Below are positions 10,495 to 18,787 of a stretch of DNA of 64,000 nucleotides, piece after piece; within the stretch, counting starts at the first letter, position 1, and each line of letters starts with the position of its first letter. A program made the translations under genes and the position numbers. The stretch spans positions 128,001-192,000 of the forward strand of contig CAVYLP010000003.1 of assembly GCA_963769425.1 (NCBI GenBank), in the 5' to 3' direction. The stretch is from Candidatus Bathyarchaeota archaeon. GTDB taxonomy: Archaea > Thermoproteota > Bathyarchaeia > TCS64. The notes below the pieces were generated by a model. It saw only the letters and a program-made list of their open reading frames with translations. It was not told the origin of the DNA and did not search any database.

Positions 10495-11538
10495 TCACCC
10501 TCGCAGGTACCTGTCGACCCAGTGGGCAGTCTTGAGACCGGTCTGGTAGGCCCTCCCCACCTTTGTGATGCCCGTCGTGATGTCACCAGTCGCGAAGACC
10601 TTAACCTTCGACGAGAGGTACCTGTCGTTAACCTCGATGCCGCCCCACCGGAGGGTCTTGATGTCCTTATACTCCTTGTTGAAAGGCGGCGTGGGCACCT
10701 GCCCTATACCGACGATGATGGTGTCGACCTTCTCGATGATCTGCTCGGTTCCGGGGATCTGCTCGAGCTTGAGGATTACACCCGCCTTTATCTCGGCGTT
10801 GACCTTGATGGTCTCAACTGACTGGACCTTTCCTTCGCCGAGTACTTTCTTGATGACAGTCCTCTCTGAGTGTTCGACCCCTTTCTTCTTGAGTCGCCCT
10901 ATCTCGTAGCTGCCCGACGGGGAGTCGAACTGGTGCTCGATGGATATGAGGCGCACGTTGTGTCCCTCGGCGGCCGCCTCGGTCGCGGCGTCGACGGCTA
11001 CTAGCCCCGAGCCGATGACCGCGACGTTCCGCCCAAGCTTAATCCTCTCCTTCTTCGGGATGAGCCCTAGTTCGTTAGCCTTGCACCTGAAGAGGTATTC
11101 GAGGGCGGAGTGGATGCCCTTGTAGGTGGCGTTCTCGGCAGGTAGCCCCCTCGAGTTCCACGTCCCCGTGGCTATGATTGTGGCGTCGTTCTCGTCAATG
11201 ACTCTCTGCAGATCAACCTTCTCCCTCGCGAGGTCATCGCCGAGTAGCTGGTCACCATTGGCGGAGACCTTACACGACGTTTTGAAGTTGACACCATAGA
11301 CCTCCTCCAGCTCCTTGCATCCGCCAAGCACCCTCTCCCTAGGGATACGGGCCTCGGGTATCCCGAAGACCATAACGCCCCCGGGGATGGGGAGCCTCTC
11401 GTAGACGGTTACCTCGTGGCCCTTGCTCGCGAGGTATCCTGCCGCGGCGAGTCCCGAGGGGCCTGAGCCTATGACGGCGATCCTCTTGCCGGTCCCCTGA
11501 GCTGGTCCCTTACCACCGCTCATGAATGAGAAGCGCAT
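10495..11538 (-). CDS. GltD/NfnA-like FAD- and NAD(P)H-dependent oxidoreductase lacking the N-terminal Fe-S domain
   Basis: VIGSGPSG, PGGVMVFGIP, IATGTW, VIGSGLVAVDAA, VFATGD; start ATG 11538 or GTG 11556. Confidence 0.88.
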   Translation of the reverse strand: MRFSFMSGGKGPAQGTGKRIAVIGSGPSGLAAAGYLASKGHEVTVYERLPIPGGVMVFGIPEARIPRERVLGGCKELEEVYGVNFKTSCKVSANGDQLLGDDLAREKVDLQRVIDENDATIIATGTWNSRGLPAENATYKGIHSALEYLFRCKANELGLIPKKERIKLGRNVAVIGSGLVAVDAATEAAAEGHNVRLISIEHQFDSPSGSYEIGRLKKKGVEHSERTVIKKVLGEGKVQSVETIKVNAEIKAGVILKLEQIPGTEQIIEKVDTIIVGIGQVPTPPFNKEYKDIKTLRWGGIEVNDRYLSSKVKVFATGDITTGITKVGRAYQTGLKTAHWVDRYLRG

Positions 11539-11632
11539 GTACCCCGGAGAAGCCACGCCGAATCATATTGCTCATCACCAAGCCCTACTTAACAATTCTG
11601 AGCACCGCTCAACGCCGCGGGTGTGTGGCTCA

Positions 11633-11791
11633 CAAATCATATCTACAGACGCCGTCTACTGGAGCGACGGGAAGAGGAGCCTCCTTAAGGTCTCACGCCT
11701 CGTCGTGCTGGAGTCGGGGAGGAGAGACCTCACCTACCTCGTGAGCTACTTCCGGTTCCTAGAGAAGATGGAGCTCATAGGATTCCGGTAA
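11633..11791 (+). pseudogene. Orphan C-terminal winged-helix fragment resembling DUF4910/M28 peptidase C-termini
   Basis: AVYWSDGKRSLLKVSRLVVLESGRRDLTYLVSYFRFLEKMELIGF; core-like codon usage but no matching N-terminal part. Confidence 0.45.
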
Positions 11792-11828
11792 CCTTTATAC
11801 GATCCGTCCGAAGTATGGTGAGTTGGTC

Positions 11829-11904
11829 GGGCCGGTGGTCTAGTGGTTATGACGTCGCCTTGACATGGCGGAGGTCGCAGGTTCGAACCCTGCTCGGCCC
11901 ACCA
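11829..11904 (+). tRNA. tRNA-Val (GAC), CCA encoded
   Basis: GGGCCGGTGGTCTAG...TCGCC TT GAC AT GGCGG...GGTTCGAACCC...GGCCCACCA; TTTATA box about 30 nt upstream. Confidence 0.97.
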
Positions 11905-11987
11905 CTACTTTACGACGCCAGCGATGCCCTTGCACGGAGTTAGGGCTGGGAAAGAGTTAATCGGGACGAATCCGAAGCTCACCACGG

Positions 11988-12188
11988 ATGTTCCCGAGCC
12001 CTCAGCTCATATGCGTGGCGAAGCCCCAGACCCTGCGCGAGCTGGTCGAGGGACTAGGATCCGACATCCTCTACGCATACGAGCGACGCGTGATCGTTGT
12101 GCTCGTTAACGGTGAGAGCAGGTGGCCCTCCTCTAGGCTCATGCCCGGGGACAGGGTGACGATAATGCCGATAATCACCGGGGGCTAA
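11988..12188 (+). CDS. MoaD/ThiS-family ubiquitin-like sulfur carrier (SAMP-like)
   Basis: VLVNG...L.PGDRVTIMPIITGG, C-terminal di-glycine; start uncertain. Confidence 0.85.
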   Translation: MFPSPQLICVAKPQTLRELVEGLGSDILYAYERRVIVVLVNGESRWPSSRLMPGDRVTIMPIITGG

Positions 12189-12204
12189 ACATACCCCCAT
12201 CTAC

Positions 12205-12232
12205 TAGAAAAAGTGGCCTCAACGAGAGGCCA
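12205..12232 (-). terminator. Hairpin plus U-tract terminator
   Basis: Minus strand TGGCCTC-TCGTT-GAGGCCA followed by CTTTTTC. Confidence 0.6.
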
Positions 12233-12249
12233 TCTATGGCGGAGTACTA

Positions 12250-12342
12250 TCACTTCGCCATCTCTTTTTCTTTCTTCTTTCTCCTCTTCTCTTCTCTCTC
12301 CTTCTTGGTCAGCGGTTTGTTCTTCGCGGAGTGCATACCCAA
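12250..12342 (-). CDS. Lys/Arg/Glu-rich microprotein, 28-30 aa: (MG)MHSAKNKPLTKKEREERRRKKKEKEMAK
   Basis: GAGGT RBS, upstream GAAAGCCTTTATCTAA BRE/TATA-like promoter, downstream terminator. Confidence 0.6.
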   Translation of the reverse strand: MGMHSAKNKPLTKKEREEKRRKKKEKEMAK

Positions 12343-12505
12343 TTCAGTTACCTCATATGATTAATCAATGGACGTTAGATAAAGGCTTTCAAGTGAGTGT
12401 GGAACTCACCCCCGTATTTCACTCAAATATCACTATCATCGCATAATCAGACAAGTAGGTTTCTTAATAGCCTCTCACACTCGCCTTCTAGATGGGTGAC
12501 CCGAC

Positions 12506-13672
12506 TTGGTTACGAACCTCCCCCCGCAGGCGAAGGAGAAGTGGAACGAGGTAACCCTCACCCGCAACCCGGAGGAGAGGCTCCGCCTCATGGGGGAGTT
12601 CCTCAGCATCGTCCCGAAGCACCACGGGACCGACCGGATGATAAGTCAGGTAAAGAAGCAGATGGCCGCCCTCCGCGAGGAGATAGACAAGAAGAAAAAG
12701 CAGCAGAAGGCTGGGAGCGCACCCGCATACTTCGTCCCAAAAGCCGGCGCCGCGCAGGTGGCAATCGTGGGTCCCACGAACGTAGGGAGAAGCAGCCTCC
12801 TCAGGGCCGTAACCAACGCCCAGGTGGAGGTCACCCCTTACCCATACGGCACAAAGACCCCCGTGCCCGGCATGCTCACCTACGAGGACATAATGTTCCA
12901 GCTCGTCGAGGTCCCCGCCATCGTTGAGGGGAGCAGCGAGGGGCGATTCGACGGATTCATGAAGCTCGGCATGGCGAGGAATGCCGACGCGCTGATAATC
13001 GTAGTCGACGTCCGCGACGACCCCGCAAGCAACTTCCTCATGATCGCGGAGGAGCTGGCGAACAGTCGGATACTTATAGCACGGCCCGAGGGGGAGGTGG
13101 AGATCGAGAAGAGGGCGGGAACCCAGATACAGTTCCTCTGGGAGGGGGAGCTATCCGGCTGCTCGACCGAGGACGTGATCACCCTCCTAGGCGAGTACAA
13201 AATCAGGTCAGCGCTCGTCAGGATCAGGGGGGTGGTGACCCTCGAAGACGTTGAGGACGCCATCTTCGGTAACACCGTCTACCGCCCCACGATAGTACTG
13301 GTGAACAAGGCTGACCTCAAGCCTGACTGTGGGACTATGGAGCAACTGCGGATGGCCACCGAGCCCCTTGAGGTCGTCATCACCTCCACCGAGCATACCC
13401 GCGGCCTCACCATCACACTAGGAGCGAAGCTATTCAGGTTACTAAACATCACCAGAGTATACACGAAGGAGCCGGGGAGGGCACCTGCGAAGGTCCCCAT
13501 GGTCTTTAAAGGGCCAGTCACCGTCGGCGAACTCGCAAGAATGATCCACAATGACTTCTACGAGAACTTCAAGTACGCACGAATCTGGGGCCCATCGGCA
13601 AAGTTCCCGAACGAGAAGGTCGGCCTCGACCGGAAGCTGACTGACGGCACGGTCGTCCAGCTCTACACCTGA
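12506..13672 (+). CDS. DRG/Rbg-type OBG-family GTPase with TGS domain
   Basis: GPTNVGRSS, YPYGT, NKAD, FKYARIWGPSAKF. Confidence 0.92.
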   Translation: MVTNLPPQAKEKWNEVTLTRNPEERLRLMGEFLSIVPKHHGTDRMISQVKKQMAALREEIDKKKKQQKAGSAPAYFVPKAGAAQVAIVGPTNVGRSSLLRAVTNAQVEVTPYPYGTKTPVPGMLTYEDIMFQLVEVPAIVEGSSEGRFDGFMKLGMARNADALIIVVDVRDDPASNFLMIAEELANSRILIARPEGEVEIEKRAGTQIQFLWEGELSGCSTEDVITLLGEYKIRSALVRIRGVVTLEDVEDAIFGNTVYRPTIVLVNKADLKPDCGTMEQLRMATEPLEVVITSTEHTRGLTITLGAKLFRLLNITRVYTKEPGRAPAKVPMVFKGPVTVGELARMIHNDFYENFKYARIWGPSAKFPNEKVGLDRKLTDGTVVQLYT

Positions 13673-13707
13673 AGCCTGTTAAATATCGAGTCGCCATCAA
13701 GTTAGCC

Positions 13708-14067
13708 ATGGTTAACCTCGGCTTGGACCACGTCCACCTCTACGTCAAGGACCTGGAGGAGGCTATCAGCTTCTACAAGATGGTTGGACTCGAGTTCGTC
13801 GAGTACACGAGCCACGGAGGGAAGGCGGCGATGATGAGGGTCCCCGGTTCCCCCATCAGCTTCGAGATACAGGAGACGAGGGTCATCGACAACCCCGGCC
13901 TGAACCACCTAGCCTTCGTAGTGGATGACCTCGACGATCTCTGCGACAGCTACAAGGCGAACGGCGTCAAGGTCGATGGCCCCCTCGACAATAAGGTGAC
14001 GGGTAGGCGCCTCGCCACAATCAGGGACCCCCACGGCTTCCTCATCCAACTGGTGCAGAAGAAGTAA
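13708..14067 (+). CDS. VOC/glyoxalase-family protein
   Basis: LDHVHLYVKDLEEAISFY, GLNHLAFVVDD, RDPHGFLIQL. Confidence 0.9.
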   Translation: MVNLGLDHVHLYVKDLEEAISFYKMVGLEFVEYTSHGGKAAMMRVPGSPISFEIQETRVIDNPGLNHLAFVVDDLDDLCDSYKANGVKVDGPLDNKVTGRRLATIRDPHGFLIQLVQKK

Positions 14068-14068
14068 C

Positions 14069-14983
14069 CTAAACGACCCTCTTCAGGTCGTATACGTGTC
14101 GTTCATAGACTGTAGCAGCGCTGTACCTCTTTTTCCCATTTGGCACGAAGACAACTTCGTATATGTCGAAGTCCCCGAAGGTGAACGAGTCTACGCCGCT
14201 AGGATTCAGCGGTAACTCCTTGTTGGCGCTCGTCCCGAGGGCGATGAGTAATTTCCCATTCTTCAGATAAACCTCTGCAGAGTTCTCCTTCGATTCATAT
14301 CTCCCAACGAACCTTTCCGGGCTCCCAGACGCTGGGGCATCAGGATATCTGAACCTCCTGTGATCGAGGAGCCACCCGTAGAACTCCTCGTTCATGTAGG
14401 TCTCGGTCCAGCTATCGTGATCCGCCTCCGGATAGACTGTGTACTTTACGTTGCTGTATTGCTTTAGGGCCTTGTTCATGTCCTCCGAGTGCTTGATGGG
14501 GACGACGCTGTCCTTTGCGCCGTGGAATATCCAAGTTGGGATGTGGCGTAGCTTCCACGCCGTTGACGGATCACCACGCCCGCATATCGGCGCGATGGCG
14601 GCGAAGAGTTCGGGGTATTTAGCCGCAGTCTCCCAGGTCCCGTAGCCACCCATGCTAAGGCCTGTGAGGTAGACGCGCTCCGGGTCCACCCTAAGAATCC
14701 CAATCAACTCCTTTGTGAGCCAGGCGACCATATCCGGGGACCACCACTCACCAAGCGCAAGCTGAGGCGAGGCGACGATGAACGGCATCTTCTTACCACC
14801 CTCGATGAGTTTCGGCGGTCCATGAATCTTAACAAGTTCGAGGTCGTCCCCCCTTTCACCTGCGCCGTGGAGAAAGACCAGGAGGGGCCACCTCTCCCCC
14901 TTATCAGAATCATAACCATCAGGGAGGTACAGAAGGTATTTGACCTCCTTCGAGAAGCTCTTCTTCGCCTGCTTCGTTGGCAT
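14069..14983 (-). CDS. Alpha/beta-hydrolase (phospholipase/carboxylesterase-like) with a C-terminal beta domain
   Basis: FLHGAGERG, nucleophile motif GLSMGG, FHGAKD, HDSW; start re-called at MPTKQ. Confidence 0.88.
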   Translation of the reverse strand: MPTKQAKKSFSKEVKYLLYLPDGYDSDKGERWPLLVFLHGAGERGDDLELVKIHGPPKLIEGGKKMPFIVASPQLALGEWWSPDMVAWLTKELIGILRVDPERVYLTGLSMGGYGTWETAAKYPELFAAIAPICGRGDPSTAWKLRHIPTWIFHGAKDSVVPIKHSEDMNKALKQYSNVKYTVYPEADHDSWTETYMNEEFYGWLLDHRRFRYPDAPASGSPERFVGRYESKENSAEVYLKNGKLLIALGTSANKELPLNPSGVDSFTFGDFDIYEVVFVPNGKKRYSAATVYERHVYDLKRVV

Positions 14984-15071
14984 GGTGATCAATCCCCAAT
15001 TCTTGGAATAAGCGTTACCACCGCCCAGGGGTAAGCGATTTACACTCACCCTCGACGTATCATGGGGGCAT

Positions 15072-16106
15072 ATGTTAGGGGAGGAGAGGGTAGAGAGGAG
15101 CATAGCTTGGCTCCTAGACAACGGCTCAGCGCCGGTCAGGTACATGACCCTGCTCAGGATAGTCGGGGAGGACCCCTCCTCCGCCGAGATGCGCGTTCTC
15201 TGGAGGGAGGCGCAGCGCGACCCCGACAACGTCGAGATCTTCTCCAAGCAGAGGGCAGATGGCTCCTGGTGCGACGGCGGCTCGTGGGCGCCGAAGCCAG
15301 GCTACGTCCCGCAGGGAGGCTGCACGCCGGTTAGCCCCAAGTACGTAACAACCTCTTGGCTACTCAGCCTCCTGGGCGACGCGGGGTACACGATGTCGGA
15401 GCCCAAGGTCAACAAGGCGGTGGAGTGGGTCCTCGGCTTCCAGCGCCCAAATGGCGTCCTCACTGAACGCCGGGACCCGGTAACCGAGGAGGACTACGAC
15501 GAGAACCCTCGAAACGTCCCATGCAGGATGAGCATCCAACTCGCGGGCCTCGCCAAGGTTGGTGTAGCCAACGACTCTCGTGTACGAAAGGGCTTTGACG
15601 TACTCTTACGATGGCAGAGGGAGGATGGCGGTTGGGTCCAGGAGGGGCACAGAGAGGGGACCGTCGCACCCTACAAGGTCTGGACGCGGAGCTGTCCGTG
15701 GGTCACATTCTTCACATGCTCCGCCCTACATGCAAGCCGCCTACCCGAGCATCGCGAGCAGCTGAGGCGAGGCCTCGGCTTCATCCTATGGCACCTGAAC
15801 CAGAAGAGAAGGGCGGACCTGCGCCGCTTCTACTGGCACGGCCACGAGCCAATCCGCGAACTCATCATGCTCGCCGAGAATGGATTCAGCAGAGACGAGC
15901 CCGCAATAGAGAACCTCCTCCAATGGCTCGAGTCCATGTACGATGAGGGGACGGGCTCCTACCGGTATAATGGCAAGCCGATCTCCAAGATGACCCTACG
16001 CGAGGACGGCGGAGACCCACGCGTCATGAAGTACCGCCTCTACCACCTCATCGAGGAGGAGTGGCTCACATACTGGATGACCCGCATCGAGAAATGCTTC
16101 CTCTAG
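15072..16106 (+). CDS. Prenyltransferase/squalene-cyclase-repeat (alpha/alpha barrel) protein of unknown function
   Basis: QW-like repeats QRADGSW, QRPNG, QREDGGW; no DXDD catalytic motif seen. Confidence 0.7.
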   Translation: MLGEERVERSIAWLLDNGSAPVRYMTLLRIVGEDPSSAEMRVLWREAQRDPDNVEIFSKQRADGSWCDGGSWAPKPGYVPQGGCTPVSPKYVTTSWLLSLLGDAGYTMSEPKVNKAVEWVLGFQRPNGVLTERRDPVTEEDYDENPRNVPCRMSIQLAGLAKVGVANDSRVRKGFDVLLRWQREDGGWVQEGHREGTVAPYKVWTRSCPWVTFFTCSALHASRLPEHREQLRRGLGFILWHLNQKRRADLRRFYWHGHEPIRELIMLAENGFSRDEPAIENLLQWLESMYDEGTGSYRYNGKPISKMTLREDGGDPRVMKYRLYHLIEEEWLTYWMTRIEKCFL

Positions 16107-16187
16107 TTACTTCAGGAAATTTTTTTTCTTTTATCTACACCCACGCAAGTTATTTCACCTCAAGCAGCCCATCTAACCCCGATCAAC

Positions 16188-17246
16188 ATGAGTCTATCAG
16201 GCCTAAGCGGCGACCTCTCGGGGCTACCCGTCCTGAGGGACGCCAAGAGGAAGAGATTCAGCAGCTACGACCGCACCGGCGGGAACAAGGACTACATCAC
16301 CGTTCCAGCCGGGGAGACCGCCACCCTCGCCGAGATTAAGGGTGCCGGAACTATCAAGCACATCTGGGTCACCATCAGGACCCGAGACGAGTTCTTCCTG
16401 CGCAAGCTCGTCCTACGCGCCTACTGGGACGGCGAGGAGAACCCGAGCATCGAGGTCCCGATTGGCGACTTCTTCGGCATCGGCCACGCAATAAGCAAGA
16501 ACTACGTCTCCGCTCCACTCCAGATGAGCCCCGAGGACGGGAAGGGCTTCAACTGCTGGTTCCCCATGCCCTACTCCAAGGGCGCCAAGATCACAATCGA
16601 GAACCAGGGCAGCTGGGACTGCGAGTCCTTCTACTACTACGTCGACTACGAGGAGCACAAGAAGCCCCAGGAAGGACTCGGCCGGTTCCACGCCACGTGG
16701 CACCGCGAGAACCCCACCAAGGGCGACGACAGCGACGAGTGGGACAACCCCACGTGGCTCTTCCGCGGCACAAACCTCGACGGCAAGGACAACTACGTCA
16801 TCCTCGAGGCCGAGGGCAAGGGCCACTATGTGGGCTGCAACATGAATATCCACAACCTCCGCCCGACTCAGCGCTTCAACTGGTACGGCGAAGGCGACGA
16901 TATGATCTTCATAGACGGTGAGAAGACGCCGAGCCTCATCGGCACGGGTACAGAGGACTTCTACGGCATGAGCTGGTGCCCGACGCAGGAGTACTGCGCC
17001 CCGTACCACGGCCTGCCCCTGCCCGGCTCCGACAAGAACTGGAACGGCAAGATAACGTGGTACCGCTACCACATCCTCGACCCCATCTACTTCGAGAAAT
17101 CCATCAAGGTCACAATCGAGCACGGCCACGCCAACAAGCGCAGCGACGACTACAGCAGCACCGCCTACTGGTACCAGACCGAACCCCACAAGAAGTTTAA
17201 GCCCCTGCCCCCAGTACAGGAGCGTCTACCGAGGGAGAAGCCATGA
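16188..17246 (+). CDS. Glycoside hydrolase family 172 (DUF2961), putative alpha-D-arabinofuranosidase/alpha-D-fructofuranosidase
   Basis: SSYDRTGGNKD, VPIGDFFG, and catalytic-Glu motifs WYGEGD and GTGTED. Confidence 0.9.
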   Translation: MSLSGLSGDLSGLPVLRDAKRKRFSSYDRTGGNKDYITVPAGETATLAEIKGAGTIKHIWVTIRTRDEFFLRKLVLRAYWDGEENPSIEVPIGDFFGIGHAISKNYVSAPLQMSPEDGKGFNCWFPMPYSKGAKITIENQGSWDCESFYYYVDYEEHKKPQEGLGRFHATWHRENPTKGDDSDEWDNPTWLFRGTNLDGKDNYVILEAEGKGHYVGCNMNIHNLRPTQRFNWYGEGDDMIFIDGEKTPSLIGTGTEDFYGMSWCPTQEYCAPYHGLPLPGSDKNWNGKITWYRYHILDPIYFEKSIKVTIEHGHANKRSDDYSSTAYWYQTEPHKKFKPLPPVQERLPREKP

Positions 17247-18787
17247 AAGTAGGTGTATTCAGCCCGAACGACGCCCGCCCTTGGGTCAGGGAGGACAACA
17301 TCGACCAGATGATCAACGCGGAGAAGCTCCTCGTCGACGCTCTGAAGAAGGAGAAGGTCGAGGTAGTCAGAGGCGGCGAGAAGCACGCGAAGATGGACCA
17401 GATTGCATGGAACACGCGGCTCGTGCAGGAGCACATAAAGCACATCGCAGCGGCGAAGCCAGAGACACTAATCATCAACCAGGGGAGCTGGACCTTCCCG
17501 TGGGACAGCGTCGACGCGGTGAAGCGCTTCGCCGCCGAGACGGGCGACGTCCCACGCGTGGTGATGTTCAGCCACAAGGACCCGACTGTCCCCGGACTCG
17601 TCGCCGGAATGGCGGCGGGTGGAGGACTAACCCGCATCGGCGTCCCATACAGCCACGTCTTCGGCGACATCAAGACGGACAAGACGGTCATCAAGCGTCT
17701 CATGGCGATCCTCGCCTTCAACGAGCGCCGAGCCGCTGAGGCGGAGACGGCAAAGAGGGTCATCACCGACCTCAAGGCGCAGAAGTACCTCGCTTTCGGC
17801 GGCATGAGCCTCAAGATGCCCACAACGACGGCAGACGTCGACCAGTGGCAGAAACTCTTCGGCGTAAGCTACGAGGACCTCGACCAGAGCGAGCTGTTAC
17901 GCAAGGCGCTCACTATGGTAGAGTGGAGCAGCAAACCCGGCGAGGGTAAGTACAAGATACTCGACCCGCGCCTCAAGAAGGCCGCCGACTACATTCAGAA
18001 GCACGGCAAGATCGACTACAGCCGCCCCAAGCTCAAGGAGTTCGCGAAGATGCTCCTCCAGCTAAGCCTCTACTACGCAGGGGAAGACATTGTGCAGGAG
18101 TACGCCGTCACCTTCGCGGGAATAAAGTGCCAGGATGAGCTCAGCGCACAGCACTGCACGGCGTGCCTCATGGCGGCCTACCTGAGCAATGACGTCGGAC
18201 CAGATGGGAAGCCCAAGAAGGTGATACCCGTCGCCTGCGAGAACGACATGGACTCCGCCCTCACCCAACTCATCATGCACCTTGCATCGGGCAAACCCGC
18301 CGGATTCGGCGACTTCCGCGACGTCGAGGGCAGCGTCCTATACATAGTCAACTGCGGCCAGCATCCCCCCTACTTCTTCGGGGGACCCGAGATGGACTCC
18401 GTGAAGAAGCTCGACAACGTCGAGTACATGGGGCAGGAGCTCTTCTACGACGCGGGCGGCAGCAGCGTCAGGGGCAGGACGCCGGGCGGTCATATCATGA
18501 CCGTCGCGCGCCTCGGGAGGGAGAATCTTCGCTACCACCTCGTCGCCAGCGTCACAGAGACGCTCCCCGTCGAGCCGGAGGAGCACGAGAAGTACAACCC
18601 TAGCTGGCCAATAATCAAGGCCAAGATACCCATGTCGGACGAGGAGATAATCAGCGTCTGGCCCTGCAACCACCTCGGCTTCGCCTACGGCGACCTCACT
18701 CCAGCGCTCGCCGAGATCGCGCACAGGCTCGACATCGGCTACACGATCTACGACGCCGACGGCAACAAGTACCACAAGCCGACGTGA
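17243..18787 (+). CDS. L-fucose/D-arabinose isomerase-family protein
   Basis: PGLVAG.A, GIKCQDELS, ACENDMD, NCG and NH motifs of the FucI fold. Confidence 0.85.
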   Translation: MKVGVFSPNDARPWVREDNIDQMINAEKLLVDALKKEKVEVVRGGEKHAKMDQIAWNTRLVQEHIKHIAAAKPETLIINQGSWTFPWDSVDAVKRFAAETGDVPRVVMFSHKDPTVPGLVAGMAAGGGLTRIGVPYSHVFGDIKTDKTVIKRLMAILAFNERRAAEAETAKRVITDLKAQKYLAFGGMSLKMPTTTADVDQWQKLFGVSYEDLDQSELLRKALTMVEWSSKPGEGKYKILDPRLKKAADYIQKHGKIDYSRPKLKEFAKMLLQLSLYYAGEDIVQEYAVTFAGIKCQDELSAQHCTACLMAAYLSNDVGPDGKPKKVIPVACENDMDSALTQLIMHLASGKPAGFGDFRDVEGSVLYIVNCGQHPPYFFGGPEMDSVKKLDNVEYMGQELFYDAGGSSVRGRTPGGHIMTVARLGRENLRYHLVASVTETLPVEPEEHEKYNPSWPIIKAKIPMSDEEIISVWPCNHLGFAYGDLTPALAEIAHRLDIGYTIYDADGNKYHKPT

